From Burkholderiales bacterium (GTDB lineage Bacteria > Pseudomonadota > Gammaproteobacteria > Burkholderiales > SG8-39), in contig DASSQD010000069.1 of assembly GCA_035702665.1 (NCBI GenBank), positions 14,201 to 78,200 on the forward strand: DNA of 64,000 nucleotides, in the 5' to 3' direction. Under the pieces are notes generated by a model, which made no database searches, had not been told where the DNA came from, and worked only from the letters and a program-made list of their open reading frames with translations. Shown piece after piece: positions 31,905-42,199 of this stretch (position 1 is the first letter of the stretch; each line of letters begins with the position of its first letter). Position numbers and translations under genes: made by a program.

Positions 31905-32832
31905 CTGGGAAAGAGGACTGATAGAGAAACTGGCGGGTGCCGCCCTCAAGGAGCAGCGGCGCGCCCGCCGCTGGGGCATATTCTTCAAGCTCCTCACCTT
32001 CGCCTATCTCACGGTGATCATTCTGCTGGTGCTCGATTGGCGCGCGCCGGATTCGCTCGCCGGGGGCAGGCACACGGCGCTGGTGGACGTGGTCGGCGTG
32101 ATCGACGCGAGGGGCGACTCGAGCGCCGACCGCGTGACCGAGGCGCTGCAGAGCGCGTTCAAGAACAAGAACACGGCGGGCGTGATCCTGCGCATCAACT
32201 CGCCCGGCGGCAGCCCGGTCCAGGCGGGGATCATCTACGACGAGATTCGCAGGCTGCGCGGGCTCTATCCGAACATTCCGATGTATGCGGTCGTCGAGGA
32301 CATCTGCGCCTCGGGCGGCTACTACATCGCCTCGGCGGCGGACAAGATCTACGTCGACAAGGCGAGCATCATCGGGTCGATCGGCGTGATCATGGACGGC
32401 TGGGGCTTCACCGGAACCATGGAAAAGCTCGGCGTCGAGCGCCGCGCGCTGGTGTCTGGCGAGAACAAGGCGTTTCTCGACCCGTTCGCGCCGGTGGACG
32501 AGAAGCAGAAGCGTCACGCCCAGTCGATGCTGGACGACATCCACAAGCAGTTCATCGACGTCGTCAGGAAGGGACGCGGCAAGCGGCTGAAGGAAACGCC
32601 GGATGTCTTCTCGGGCCTGATGTGGACCGGGGACCGCAGCATCGAACTCGGCCTCGCCGACGGCTTCGGCAGCGTGGATTACGTGGCGCGCGAGGTGATC
32701 AAGGCCGAGGACGTCCTCGATTTCACGAGGAAGCAGGACTTCACCGAGCGCTTCGCGAGGCGCTTCGGCGCAACCTTGGCCGGAGCCCTGTCGAAGGTGC
32801 TGTCGCAGCAGGGGGCGCCGAGCCTGCGTTAG
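31891..32832 (+). CDS. sppA: signal peptide peptidase SppA, 36K type (S49)
   Basis: GVILRINSPGGSPVQ..ASGGYYIASAADKIY..GENK pattern after an N-terminal TM segment. Confidence 0.85.
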   Translation: MAEADWERGLIEKLAGAALKEQRRARRWGIFFKLLTFAYLTVIILLVLDWRAPDSLAGGRHTALVDVVGVIDARGDSSADRVTEALQSAFKNKNTAGVILRINSPGGSPVQAGIIYDEIRRLRGLYPNIPMYAVVEDICASGGYYIASAADKIYVDKASIIGSIGVIMDGWGFTGTMEKLGVERRALVSGENKAFLDPFAPVDEKQKRHAQSMLDDIHKQFIDVVRKGRGKRLKETPDVFSGLMWTGDRSIELGLADGFGSVDYVAREVIKAEDVLDFTRKQDFTERFARRFGATLAGALSKVLSQQGAPSLR

Positions 32833-33548
32833 CCGCGCGACAGCACCAGGAAGACCGTCGGCCGACCCTTGAGCCTGGGCGCGTCGCGGCGCCAGGCCGC
32901 CGCCGGCCGTGTTTTTACCATTTCCGATTCCAGGGTCAGGTCGGCGGCGACGCACACGAGCGTGTCGTCGCGCAGGGCGCGGAGCATCGCGGCGAGCGTC
33001 GCGTCGTTACGGTAGGGCGTCTCGATGAATATCTGGGTCTGGTCCAGGCGGGCCGACTGGCGCTCGAGGTCTTTCAGGGTTGCGGCGAGGTCGTGCGGCT
33101 TCACCGGCAGATAACCGTGAAAGACGAAGCGCTGCCCCTCCAGGCCCGACGCGGCGAGGGCGAGCATCAGCGAGGAGGGGCCGCTCAGCGGGACGACGCG
33201 CACGCCCTTGTCGTGCGCCATCTTCACCAGCGCCGCCCCGGGATCCGCGACCGCGGGCAGGCCGGCTTCGGAGAGCAGGCCGGCGTCGCGGCCGTCGAGC
33301 ACGGGCGCGAGCAGCAGCGCGATCTCGCCGGCGGGCGTGTTGTGGTCGAGGCGTTCGATACGCACTTCCTGCAGCGCGCGCGGGAGTCCGATCCGCTTCA
33401 GGAGGGCGCGGGCCGACTTGGGGTGCTCGGCGATGAAGTAGTCGAGGGTTCGCGCCCGGTCGAGCGCGCCCGCGGGAATGACGGCTTCGGCCGCGGTCTC
33501 GCCCAGAGTATTCGGCAGCAGGTAGAGCGCTCCCGGGTCAGACGACAT
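32829..33548 (-). CDS. SAM-dependent methyltransferase, tetrapyrrole-methylase fold (RsmI-like)
   Basis: LYLLPNTLGE..AGLLSEAGLPAVADPGAALV..PLSGPSSLMLALAASGL. 239 aa. Confidence 0.55.
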   Translation of the reverse strand: MSSDPGALYLLPNTLGETAAEAVIPAGALDRARTLDYFIAEHPKSARALLKRIGLPRALQEVRIERLDHNTPAGEIALLLAPVLDGRDAGLLSEAGLPAVADPGAALVKMAHDKGVRVVPLSGPSSLMLALAASGLEGQRFVFHGYLPVKPHDLAATLKDLERQSARLDQTQIFIETPYRNDATLAAMLRALRDDTLVCVAADLTLESEMVKTRPAAAWRRDAPRLKGRPTVFLVLSRG

Positions 33549-34128
33549 CGAATCCCTGCGCGCGCAGCAGGTCGACGAGGGCGATCAGCGGCAGGCCGAT
33601 AAGCGCGGTCGGATCCTCGCTCTCCATCTTCGCGATGAGCGCGATGCCCAAGCCCTCCGACTTGGCGCTGCCGGCGCAATCATACGGTTCTTCCCTCGTG
33701 AGATAGCGCTCGATCGTTGCGTCGTCCATCGTGCGGAAGGTCACACGGCAACGCACGACCCGCGCTTCCGTCGCCCCGGTACGAGTGTTGTGGACGCACA
33801 CCGCGGTGTGAAAGAGCGCTTCACGGCCGGACAGAGCGCGCAGCTGGCGAGCGGCATTCTCGCGGGTCACGGGCTTGCCGAAGATCTCGCCGTCGCACAC
33901 GGCGACTTGGTCGCTGCCGATGACGAGGCTGTCGGGGAAGTTGGCGGAGACGGCCGTCGCTTTTAATTCGGCGAGGCGGCAGGCCATGACCTCGGGCGCT
34001 TCGGCGGGCCGGCGCTCCTCGGGCACCTGCGGACTCGCGACGGAGAACGAGACGCCGAGCCGCTCGAGCAGCGCGCGACGGTAAGGCGAGGTGGATGCTA
34101 GGACGAGCCGGGTTATCGCCCTTTGCAT
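33538..34128 (-). CDS. maf: Maf-family nucleoside triphosphate pyrophosphatase (YceF-like)
   Basis: LVLASTSPYRRALLERLG..IGSDQV..GKP..AGSAKSEG. ATG 34128 chosen. Divergent from yceD as in E. coli. Confidence 0.88.
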   Translation of the reverse strand: MQRAITRLVLASTSPYRRALLERLGVSFSVASPQVPEERRPAEAPEVMACRLAELKATAVSANFPDSLVIGSDQVAVCDGEIFGKPVTRENAARQLRALSGREALFHTAVCVHNTRTGATEARVVRCRVTFRTMDDATIERYLTREEPYDCAGSAKSEGLGIALIAKMESEDPTALIGLPLIALVDLLRAQGFDVV

Positions 34129-34571
34129 TGCTCGGCGACGAGTTTTTCCTGCCGGGCGACGGCGTCGGCGGTCTCGGCTTGCACGCGACCGTCCCTCTGC
34201 CGATTCTCCAGCAGGCGGGTGAGGAGTTCCTTCTGCGTCTCGCATTGATCCGACGGCCTAGCCTCCACGGTCTTTTCCTCCTTGACCGGCGCCGAACTCG
34301 CACCGCTTGCCGGAGGGCTTGCTATCGCCGGGGCTGCGTTCGAGCTCGTCTTGGGGGGCGCTGCTGCGGGAGAGCCAAGTCTGTCCGGGACCTCGCTCGC
34401 CTTCGCGCCTTGGGGAGGTCGCTCCCCGTAATGCGTGACGCCCCGCTCATCGACCCATTTGTACACTTGAGCGGATACGGGCAGGGCGAACGCCCCAAGA
34501 AGCAGAAAGTGCAGTAACGCCCTGAACAATCTGAAGTTTCTTTTGACACTCACGGGCAAACATAATATCAT
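34113..34571 (-). CDS. DUF4124-domain secreted protein
   Basis: Signal peptide ending ALPVSAQ, then VYKWVDERGVTHYGERPP, a Pro/Ala/Ser linker and a C-terminal helical part. ATG 34571. Confidence 0.6.
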   Translation of the reverse strand: MILCLPVSVKRNFRLFRALLHFLLLGAFALPVSAQVYKWVDERGVTHYGERPPQGAKASEVPDRLGSPAAAPPKTSSNAAPAIASPPASGASSAPVKEEKTVEARPSDQCETQKELLTRLLENRQRDGRVQAETADAVARQEKLVAEQCKGR

Positions 34572-34580
34572 GCGCGCTCT

Positions 34581-35006
34581 ATGTCGCAAGCGGAGGTGAT
34601 CGATGGCCTCCAGTTCGCCCGTGCCGCCCTAGAGCGGCGAGGCGTCGTGGGCATGGAGCGGTTGCCGCGCCTTGCGCAGTTGCAGTGCTCGACCGAAGGG
34701 CTGCAGTACCACTTGCGCGGGGGAAGGGTGGATAACGGCAAGCCGTGTTTGCGGCTTTCTGTAAGAGGATCGGTCAAAGCGCTGTGCCAGCGCTGCCTCG
34801 ATCCGGTCCAGATTCCCATTGCGATTGACGCCGAGCTGCAGCTCGCGGAGAACGTGCGCGAGATCTCGGAAGCCGACGACGAGATCGATCGCGTGCTTGC
34901 GTCCCGGAACATGGACGTTGCCGGGCTCGTCGAGGACGAGGTGATCCTCGAGTTGCCCATGGCTGCGCGGCATGAAGAGTGTTTATCGTACGGCAACTCG
35001 AATTGA
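34581..35006 (+). CDS. yceD: YceD/DUF177 large-subunit rRNA accumulation protein
   Basis: CQRCLDPV...[10 protein letters not shown]. Sits immediately upstream of rpmF. Confidence 0.85.
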   Translation: MSQAEVIDGLQFARAALERRGVVGMERLPRLAQLQCSTEGLQYHLRGGRVDNGKPCLRLSVRGSVKALCQRCLDPVQIPIAIDAELQLAENVREISEADDEIDRVLASRNMDVAGLVEDEVILELPMAARHEECLSYGNSN

Positions 35007-35017
35007 AGGAGTCTCAC

Positions 35018-35197
35018 ATGGCAGTCCAGCAGAACAAGAAATCTCCCTCCAAGCGCGGCATGCACCGCGCCCATGACTTCCTGACCAACCCGCCGCTCGC
35101 GGTCGAGCCGACCACGGGCGAGGTGCACCTGCGCCACCACATCAGCCCGAGCGGCTATTATCGCGGCAAGAAAGTCGTCAAGACCAAGGGCGAGTAA
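35018..35197 (+). CDS. rpmF: 50S ribosomal protein L32
   Basis: [20 protein letters not shown]. Confidence 0.97.
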   Translation: MAVQQNKKSPSKRGMHRAHDFLTNPPLAVEPTTGEVHLRHHISPSGYYRGKKVVKTKGE

Positions 35198-35229
35198 GCT
35201 CGACCGGCAGGCGCGCTGCGCCTCCGCGC

Positions 35230-36255
35230 ATGAAGACCACCGTAGCCATAGATTGCATGGGCGGCGATCACGGCCCGCACGTCACGGTGCCGGCGGCGCT
35301 CAATTTCCTCAAGTCCAGTCCCGACGTGGACATCGTGCTGGTGGGATTGCGCGACGCCGTCGAAGCCGAGCTCAAGGCGCGCGGCGCGAAAGCCGGCACG
35401 CGCCTGCGGGTTCGCCACGCGAGCGAGGTCGTCGCCATGGATGAATCTCCCGCGCTCGCGCTGCGCAGCAAGAAGGACTCCTCGATCCGCGTCGCGGTCG
35501 ACCTCGTCAAGAGCGGCGAGGCGCACGCCTGCGTCAGCGCGGGCAATACCGGCGCGTTGATGGCGATTTCGCGCTTCGTGCTCAAGACGCTGCCTGGCAT
35601 CGACCGTCCAGCGATCATCTCTGCTCTGCCCAATCTTCGGGGAAGCACCTACGTGCTCGACCTCGGCGCGAACGTCGATTGCGCGCCCGAGCACCTGCTT
35701 CAGTTCGCCATCATGGGGGCGACGCTGGTCCAGGCGGTCGAACACAAGGAGCGACCCAGCGTCGGCCTGCTCAACATCGGCGAGGAGGACATCAAGGGCA
35801 ACGAAGTGGTGAAGCGGGCGGGCGAGCTGCTGCGCGACAGCGGGCTCAACTTCATCGGCAATATCGAGGGAGACGGCATCTACAAGGGCGAAGCCGACGT
35901 GGTCGTGTGCGACGGCTTCGTCGGCAACGTCATGCTCAAGGCGTCCGAGGGCATCGCGCAGATGGTGCGCAGCTTCCTCCGCGAGGAGTTCATGCGCAGC
36001 CCGCTCACGAAGCTCGCAGGCGTCGTGGTGATGCCGGTGCTGTTCGCATTTCGCAAGCGCCTCGATCCGCGGCGCTTCAACGGAGCGACGCTCCTGGGGT
36101 TGCGGGGGATCGTGGTGAAGAGCCACGGTTCGGCCGACGTGCTCGGATTCGGCCGCGCGATCGAGCGCGCCGCGGAGGAAGTGCGGAACGAGGTTCTGCA
36201 TCGGCTGATGCTCCGCTTTGGATCGCCCGAGACGGCCGAGGCGGCGAGCTCGTGA
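35230..36255 (+). CDS. plsX: phosphate acyltransferase PlsX
   Basis: [31 protein letters not shown]. Confidence 0.96.
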   Translation: MKTTVAIDCMGGDHGPHVTVPAALNFLKSSPDVDIVLVGLRDAVEAELKARGAKAGTRLRVRHASEVVAMDESPALALRSKKDSSIRVAVDLVKSGEAHACVSAGNTGALMAISRFVLKTLPGIDRPAIISALPNLRGSTYVLDLGANVDCAPEHLLQFAIMGATLVQAVEHKERPSVGLLNIGEEDIKGNEVVKRAGELLRDSGLNFIGNIEGDGIYKGEADVVVCDGFVGNVMLKASEGIAQMVRSFLREEFMRSPLTKLAGVVVMPVLFAFRKRLDPRRFNGATLLGLRGIVVKSHGSADVLGFGRAIERAAEEVRNEVLHRLMLRFGSPETAEAASS

Positions 36256-37211
36256 TCTGGTCGCGCATCGTCGGAACGGGAAGCTATCTGCCGCCCAAGG
36301 TCGTCACCAACGACGACCTCGCCGCGCGCATGGACACCTCCGACGAGTGGATCCGCACGCGCACCGGCATCCGGCAGCGTCATATAGCCGACCCTTCGCA
36401 AGCGTCGAGCGACCTCGCCACCGAGGCGAGCCGCGCGGCGCTCGCCGCTGCCGGCGTTCCCGTCGGGGAGATCGACCTCATCATCGTCGCCACCGCGACG
36501 CCCGACTACATCTTTCCGAGCACGGCCTGTCTCGTCCAGGCGAAGCTCGGCGCCGCGGGCTGCGCGGCGTTCGACATCCAGGCCGTGTGCAGCGGCTTCG
36601 TCTACGCGCTCGTCATCGCCGACAAGCTCGTCCGTTCAGGGCAGCATCGCTGCGCGCTCGTGATCGGCAGCGAGGTGTATTCGCGCATTCTCGACTGGAA
36701 CGACCGCGGCACGGCGGTGCTGTTCGGCGACGGCGCGGGCGCCGTCGTCCTGAAGGCGGATGCGAAGCCCGGAATACTCGGAAGCGTGCTGCACGCCGAC
36801 GGCTCCTACGCGAACATCCTTTCCGTGCCGGGCAACGTGTGCGGCGGCAAGATCGTGGGATCGCCGTTCCTGCAGATGGACGGACAGGCGGTCTTCAAGT
36901 TCGCCGTGAAGGTTCTCGACGAGGCGGCCCGTGAGACGCTGGCGCTGTGCGGGCTTACCGTGGCGGATGTCGACTGGCTCATTCCGCACCAGGCCAACGT
37001 GCGCATCCTGGAGGCGACCGCGAAGAGGCTCGGCCTGGACCGCTCCAAGCTCGTCGTCACGGTGGACCGGCACGCCAACACTTCGGCCGCATCGGTGCCG
37101 CTCGCGCTGGACCTGGCGATTCGGGACGGACGCATCAAGCCGGGACACAGGGTGATGCTCCAGGGCGTCGGCGGGGGATTCACCTGGGGCGCCGCGCTGG
37201 TGGAGATGTGA
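36252..37211 (+). CDS. fabH: beta-ketoacyl-ACP synthase III
   Basis: [49 protein letters not shown] 36252 overlaps the plsX TGA. Confidence 0.95.
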   Translation: MIWSRIVGTGSYLPPKVVTNDDLAARMDTSDEWIRTRTGIRQRHIADPSQASSDLATEASRAALAAAGVPVGEIDLIIVATATPDYIFPSTACLVQAKLGAAGCAAFDIQAVCSGFVYALVIADKLVRSGQHRCALVIGSEVYSRILDWNDRGTAVLFGDGAGAVVLKADAKPGILGSVLHADGSYANILSVPGNVCGGKIVGSPFLQMDGQAVFKFAVKVLDEAARETLALCGLTVADVDWLIPHQANVRILEATAKRLGLDRSKLVVTVDRHANTSAASVPLALDLAIRDGRIKPGHRVMLQGVGGGFTWGAALVEM

Positions 37212-38146
37212 TGAAGCTCGCGATGGTTTTTCCCGGGCAAGGATCGCAATCGGTGGGCATGCTCGCCGGCTACGGCGACGCGCCCGCGATCCGCGAAACG
37301 CTCGCCGAGGCGTCGGACATCCTGAGGCAGGACGTCGGCAAGCTCATGGCCGAAGGTCCAGCCGAAGATCTCAACAGCACCGTCAACACCCAGCCTGTAA
37401 TGGTGATTGCGGGCATCTGCGCGTGGCGGCTGTGGCGCGAGCTCGGCGGCGCGGAGCCCGCGATGGCCGCGGGTCACAGCCTCGGCGAGTACACCGCACT
37501 GGTCGCGGCGGGCGCGATCTCGTTCTCCGACGCGCTGCCCCTGGTGCGCCTGCGCGCGCAGGCGATGCAGGAGGCGGTTCCGCACGGCGTGGGGGCGATG
37601 GCGGCCATCCTGGGACTGAAAGACGATGACGTGCGTGCCGCATGCGATGATTCTGCTCTGGGGCAGATTTGCGAACCGGTGAACTGGAACGCTCCCGCCC
37701 AGGTAGTCATCGCGGGGCACGCCGACGCGGTAAGGCGTGCGATGGACGCCTCAAAGGCTCTCGGCGCGAAGCGGGCGATCCCGCTTCCGGTAAGCGCACC
37801 GTTTCACTCATCACTCATGAAGCCGGCTGCGGCACAGCTGCGGGAGGCTCTCTCCAAGATAACCGTCAAGCCTCCGCGCATTCCCGTCATACACAATGTC
37901 GATGCGAAGAGCCGCACCGATCCGGAGAGCATACGAGAGGCCCTGGTGACCCAGGCGGATCACCCCGTGCTCTGGGTGGAATGCGTGAAAGAGATGGCGG
38001 CGAGGGGCGCAACCCACGTGTTCGAGTGCGGGCCCGGAAAGGTGCTCGCGCCGCTCACCAAGCGCATCGCCGACGGGCTCGCCGGCCTCGCGCTCTCGGA
38101 CCGAGCGAGCGTGGAGTCGGGCGTGCAACTCTCCAAGGGGGCGTGA
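37211..38146 (+). CDS. fabD: malonyl-CoA-ACP transacylase
   Basis: FPGQGSQSVGM..GHSLGEYTALV..SAPFHS. Confidence 0.96.
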   Translation: MKLAMVFPGQGSQSVGMLAGYGDAPAIRETLAEASDILRQDVGKLMAEGPAEDLNSTVNTQPVMVIAGICAWRLWRELGGAEPAMAAGHSLGEYTALVAAGAISFSDALPLVRLRAQAMQEAVPHGVGAMAAILGLKDDDVRAACDDSALGQICEPVNWNAPAQVVIAGHADAVRRAMDASKALGAKRAIPLPVSAPFHSSLMKPAAAQLREALSKITVKPPRIPVIHNVDAKSRTDPESIREALVTQADHPVLWVECVKEMAARGATHVFECGPGKVLAPLTKRIADGLAGLALSDRASVESGVQLSKGA

Positions 38147-38889
38147 TGGATCTTCAAGGCCAGCGCGCTCTGGTGACCGGCGCCTCGCGCGGGATCGGCA
38201 AGGCCGTCGCGCTGATGCTGGGCGGACGCGGCGCGACCGTGGTCGGCTCCGCGACCAGCGCGGCGGGCGCGCAGTCGATCACCGACTATCTTCGCGCGGC
38301 GGGGGCGCAGGGCCGAGGCGTCCAGCTCGACGTCAGGGTCGAGGCGAACGTGGAGTCGGTAGTGGCCGAGTTCGAAAAGGAGTACGGCGCAGTGTCGATC
38401 CTCGTCAACAACGCCGGCATCACGCAGGACAACCTCGCGATGCGCATGAAGGAAGCCGAGTGGGACGCGGTGATCGATACCAACCTGAAGTCGGTGTTTC
38501 GCCTGAGCAAGGCCGTGCTGCGCGGCATGCTCAAGGCGCGCGCGGGAAGGATCATCAACATCACGTCGGTGGTCGGTTCGAGCGGCAACGCCGGCCAGAT
38601 CAACTACGCCGCGGCGAAGGCCGGCATCGGCGGGATGACGCGCTCGCTGGCCCGCGAGATCGGCAGCCGCGGCGTCACGGTCAACTGCGTCGCGCCGGGT
38701 TTCATCGACACGGACATGACGCGGGCCCTGTCGGACGAGCAGCGGGCGGCGCTGCTGCTGCAGATTCCACTCGGCCGCCTCGGAAATCCGGAGGACGTGG
38801 CGGCGGTCGTGGCCTTCCTCGCCTCGCCCCAGGCCGCCTACATCACGGGCGCGACGCTGCATGTCAACGGCGGCATGTACATGGGTTGA
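38146..38889 (+). CDS. fabG: 3-oxoacyl-ACP reductase
   Basis: ALVTGASRGIGKA..NNAG..YAAAKAG..HVNGGMYM. Confidence 0.96.
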   Translation: MDLQGQRALVTGASRGIGKAVALMLGGRGATVVGSATSAAGAQSITDYLRAAGAQGRGVQLDVRVEANVESVVAEFEKEYGAVSILVNNAGITQDNLAMRMKEAEWDAVIDTNLKSVFRLSKAVLRGMLKARAGRIINITSVVGSSGNAGQINYAAAKAGIGGMTRSLAREIGSRGVTVNCVAPGFIDTDMTRALSDEQRAALLLQIPLGRLGNPEDVAAVVAFLASPQAAYITGATLHVNGGMYMG

Positions 38890-38965
38890 AAAATGACAAT
38901 GCGATTCTGCTACAATGCGCACCTTCGAATTTCGAGCGCATCCAACAAGGGGGAAGGAGCCCGCA

Positions 38966-39208
38966 ATGGAAAACGTTGAACAGCGCGTGAAGAAAATCGT
39001 CGCGGAACAGCTCGGCGTCAACGAGGCGGAGATCAAGAACGAATCCTCGTTTGTCGATGACCTCGGTGCGGATTCCCTCGACACGGTGGAGCTGGTGATG
39101 GCCCTCGAGGAGGAGTTCGAGACCGAGATTCCGGACGAGGAGGCCGAGAAGATCACGACGGTCCAGCAGGCCATCGCGTACGTTTCCGCGCACTCCAAGA
39201 AGACCTGA
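38966..39208 (+). CDS. acpP: acyl carrier protein (housekeeping)
   Basis: [38 protein letters not shown]. Confidence 0.97.
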   Translation: MENVEQRVKKIVAEQLGVNEAEIKNESSFVDDLGADSLDTVELVMALEEEFETEIPDEEAEKITTVQQAIAYVSAHSKKT

Positions 39209-39231
39209 TTTTTCGCACGGCCGGAGTCCAT

Positions 39232-40470
39232 TTGAGCCGCCGTCGTGTCGTCGTCACCGGATTAGGAATCATCTGCCCGATCGGCAACACCGTTGCCGAA
39301 GCCTGGTCGAACATACTCGCCGGCAAGTCCGGAATAGCGCGCATCGCCGCGTTCGATCCGAGTTCCGTCTCCAGCCAGATCGCCGGCGAAGTGAAGAACT
39401 TCGACGTGAGCGCCTATCTCACGCCGAAGGAAGCGCGCCGCATGGACCGCTTCATCCACTTCGGTATCGCCGCGGGCACACAGGCGCTGAAAGATTCGGG
39501 ACTCGAGGTCACGGAAGCCAGCGCTCCGCGCATCGGCGTGAACATCGGCTCTGGAATCGGCGGGTTGCCGGGCATCGAGGAAACGCACAACGACCTGCTC
39601 AAGGGCGGCCCGCGCAAGATCTCACCGTTCTTCATCCCGAGCACCATCATCAACATGATCTCGGGGAACTTCTCGATCATGCACGGCTTGAAGGGGCCCA
39701 ACCTCGCCATGGTCACGGCGTGCACGACCTCGGCGCACTGCATCGGCGAGTCTGGGCGCCTGATCGAGTACGGCGATTGCGACGTGATGGTCGCCGGGGG
39801 CGCCGAGGCGGCGATCACCGAGCTCACCGTCGGCGGGTTCTCGTCCGCGCGGGCGCTCTCGACGCGGAACGACGATCCCGCGACCGCGAGCCGGCCCTGG
39901 GACAGGGACCGCGACGGCTTCGTCCTGGCTGAGGGCGCGGGCGTGCTCGTCCTCGAAGAGCTCGAGCACGCGAAGAAGCGCGGCGCCAAGATCTACGCGG
40001 AGCTCGCGGGTTACGGAATGAGCGGCGACGCCTACCACATGACCGCGCCCCAGGAGAGCGGCGAGGGCGCGGCGCGCTGCATGGAAAACGCGCTGCGCAA
40101 CGCCGGCCTCAATCGCGAGGACATCGATTACATCAACGCCCACGGGACTTCGACACCGCTCGGGGATATCGCCGAGACCGTAGCGGTCAAGCGCTGCTTC
40201 GGGGAACGCGCGAAGAAGCTCGCCGTGAGCTCGACCAAGTCGATGACCGGGCATCTGCTCGGCGCGGCCGGAGGGGTCGAGGCCCTCTTCTCGGTGCTCG
40301 CCATACGCGATCAGGTCGCCCCGCCCACGGCCAACCTGGTCAACCAGGATCCCGCGTGCGACCTCGACTACGTGCCGAATTCCGCGCGCTCCATGCCCGT
40401 GCGGACGGCCCTGTCGAACTCGTTCGGGTTCGGCGGCACCAACGGAACCCTGATCTTCAGGCGCGTCTGA
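39232..40470 (+). CDS. fabF: beta-ketoacyl-ACP synthase II
   Basis: [42 protein letters not shown] start. Confidence 0.96.
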   Translation: MSRRRVVVTGLGIICPIGNTVAEAWSNILAGKSGIARIAAFDPSSVSSQIAGEVKNFDVSAYLTPKEARRMDRFIHFGIAAGTQALKDSGLEVTEASAPRIGVNIGSGIGGLPGIEETHNDLLKGGPRKISPFFIPSTIINMISGNFSIMHGLKGPNLAMVTACTTSAHCIGESGRLIEYGDCDVMVAGGAEAAITELTVGGFSSARALSTRNDDPATASRPWDRDRDGFVLAEGAGVLVLEELEHAKKRGAKIYAELAGYGMSGDAYHMTAPQESGEGAARCMENALRNAGLNREDIDYINAHGTSTPLGDIAETVAVKRCFGERAKKLAVSSTKSMTGHLLGAAGGVEALFSVLAIRDQVAPPTANLVNQDPACDLDYVPNSARSMPVRTALSNSFGFGGTNGTLIFRRV

Positions 40471-40488
40471 TTTCGGGGACGGTGGCCC

Positions 40489-40935
40489 GTGCCGGCTGCA
40501 CCCCCGCTGCGCCTGGATGTGAGACCCTCGCGCCGCCTCGTTGCGGCCCTCGCGGTAGTCCACGGCCTGGCGCTCGCTGCGGCGTGGATCGGGTTGGGAG
40601 GATGGGGGCGTTATCCGGCCGGCGCGCTCGTCCTCGTTTCGCTGGGAGCGGCCGTCGCCCGGGCGCTTCTGCGGATTCCGGATCAGGCGATATCCCTGGA
40701 ATTGCACGAGGATGGACGCGCTTCCTGGAGAAACAGGGCGGGAATTTGGCACGAAGGGAAGCTCGGCCGGAGTCAATTCGTCTCGGCGATGGTCGCGCTC
40801 GTCGAGCTGGAAGCCGCGCGAGGTCGAAGGAAAAGGGTCGTTCTGATGCCCGATTCGGTCTCTCCGGAGGATTTTCGGCGTCTCCGGGTATGGCTGCGGT
40901 GGCGGCGAGACCCGCCCCGGCCGGATTCGGAATAA
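40489..40935 (+). CDS. YgfX/CptA-like inner-membrane protein (DUF1434-like)
   Basis: Same layout as E. coli YgfX as I recall it: two TM helices, then a ..DG...W......W.. core, then DS..P.DFRRLRVWLR. Confidence 0.45.
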   Translation: MPAAPPLRLDVRPSRRLVAALAVVHGLALAAAWIGLGGWGRYPAGALVLVSLGAAVARALLRIPDQAISLELHEDGRASWRNRAGIWHEGKLGRSQFVSAMVALVELEAARGRRKRVVLMPDSVSPEDFRRLRVWLRWRRDPPRPDSE

Positions 40936-40949
40936 CCTTACGGGAAACT

Positions 40950-40977
40950 GAACTATCGCCTCACGGGCCGGTCTGTA
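40950..40977 (+). promoter_or_regulatory. candidate sigma-E(AlgU)-dependent promoter of rpoE operon
   Basis: GAACTA (40950-40955), a 16-nt spacer, then TCTGTA (40972-40977). Consensus is GAACTT-N16/17-TCTGA. Lies ~105 nt upstream of rpoE. Confidence 0.5.
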
Positions 40978-41081
40978 GCAGCACAGGCGCCGAGGCCACG
41001 AAATCACTACGGTATACTGGCCGCCGCCTGTGGACAACTTCGAACAGAAGCGCAGCACCGCTTCGTCAGGGATGGCGGCGG

Positions 41082-41681
41082 ATGGATGAGAGGGAACTCG
41101 ACCGACAGCTGGTCGAGCGGGCCCAGCGAGGCGACAAGCATGCTTTCGAGCTGCTGGTGTCGAAGTACCAACGCAAACTGGCGCGGCTGTTGTCCCGGTT
41201 CATCCGGGACCCGGTCGAAGTAGAGGACGTGGCACAGGAAGCATTCATCAAGGCGTATCGGGCGCTCCCTTCGTTCCGGGGAGACAGCGCCTTCTATACG
41301 TGGCTCTACCGCATCGGCATCAATACCGCGAAGAACTACCTGGTCGCGATGGGCAGGCGCGCCCCGACCACGACCGAGTTCGACAGCGAGGACGCCGAAG
41401 GCTTCGAGGACGGCGAGCAGCTGCGCGACATCAATACCCCCGAGAGCATGATGATGTCGGCGGAGATCGCCCGCACCGTCAACGATACCCTGGAGCACCT
41501 GCCCGAGGAGCTGCGCAGCGCCATCACGCTGCGCGAGCTCGAAGGGCTGAGCTACGAGGACATCGCGGCGATCATGAATTGCCCGATCGGAACCGTCCGG
41601 TCGAGGATATTCCGCGCGCGCGAAGCGATCGCGGAGCGGCTCCGGCCATTGCTCGATACGCGCAAGGACAAGAGGTGGTAG
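41082..41681 (+). CDS. rpoE: ECF sigma factor sigma-E (RpoE/AlgU)
   Basis: ELDRQLVERAQRGDKHAFELLVSKYQRKL..DVAQEAFIKAYRAL..LEGLSYEDIAAIMNCPIGTVRSRIFRAREA. Confidence 0.95.
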   Translation: MDERELDRQLVERAQRGDKHAFELLVSKYQRKLARLLSRFIRDPVEVEDVAQEAFIKAYRALPSFRGDSAFYTWLYRIGINTAKNYLVAMGRRAPTTTEFDSEDAEGFEDGEQLRDINTPESMMMSAEIARTVNDTLEHLPEELRSAITLRELEGLSYEDIAAIMNCPIGTVRSRIFRAREAIAERLRPLLDTRKDKRW

Positions 41682-41683
41682 CC

Positions 41684-42199
41684 ATGAAAGAGAAGCTCTC
41701 AGCGATCATCGACGGCGAATTCGAGGACGAAATCCACGTGCACATCACGCGCCTTCGCTCGGACCCCGAGCTTCGCGCCGCCTGGGACACGTATCATCTG
41801 ATCGGCGACGCGTTGCGAGGTCACATGTGCCGGGAGATCGCGCCCCGGGTAGTCTCCCGCTTGCGCGAGGAGCCGACGGTCCTCGCTCCGCGGCCTCGGG
41901 CCGGGAGCACGGCCCGGCGCATCGGGTGGTACGGGATGTACGCCGCCGCGAGCGCGGCCGCGGTGGCGGTCGTGGCGTGGACCGCGTTCCCGGGTTGGCA
42001 CACCGATCCTCAGCTCGCCGCCGGCGCGGTCGCGACCACGGCGGAGATTCCGGCCGAGAGCGTGGCGATCACCCTGCCCGCAGCGGAGGTCGAGGACTAC
42101 CTGCTCGCGCACCAGCCTTATTCCCACGTGAGCGCCATGCAGGGCGTCGCGCCCTACGTGCGCAGCGTCTCCGAAGAACGCGTGGCGGCGTCGAAATGA
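41684..42199 (+). CDS. rseA: anti-sigma-E factor RseA/MucA
   Basis: MKEKLSAIIDGEFED...WDTYHLIGDALRG and a central TM segment. Sits directly after rpoE. Confidence 0.85.
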   Translation: MKEKLSAIIDGEFEDEIHVHITRLRSDPELRAAWDTYHLIGDALRGHMCREIAPRVVSRLREEPTVLAPRPRAGSTARRIGWYGMYAAASAAAVAVVAWTAFPGWHTDPQLAAGAVATTAEIPAESVAITLPAAEVEDYLLAHQPYSHVSAMQGVAPYVRSVSEERVAASK

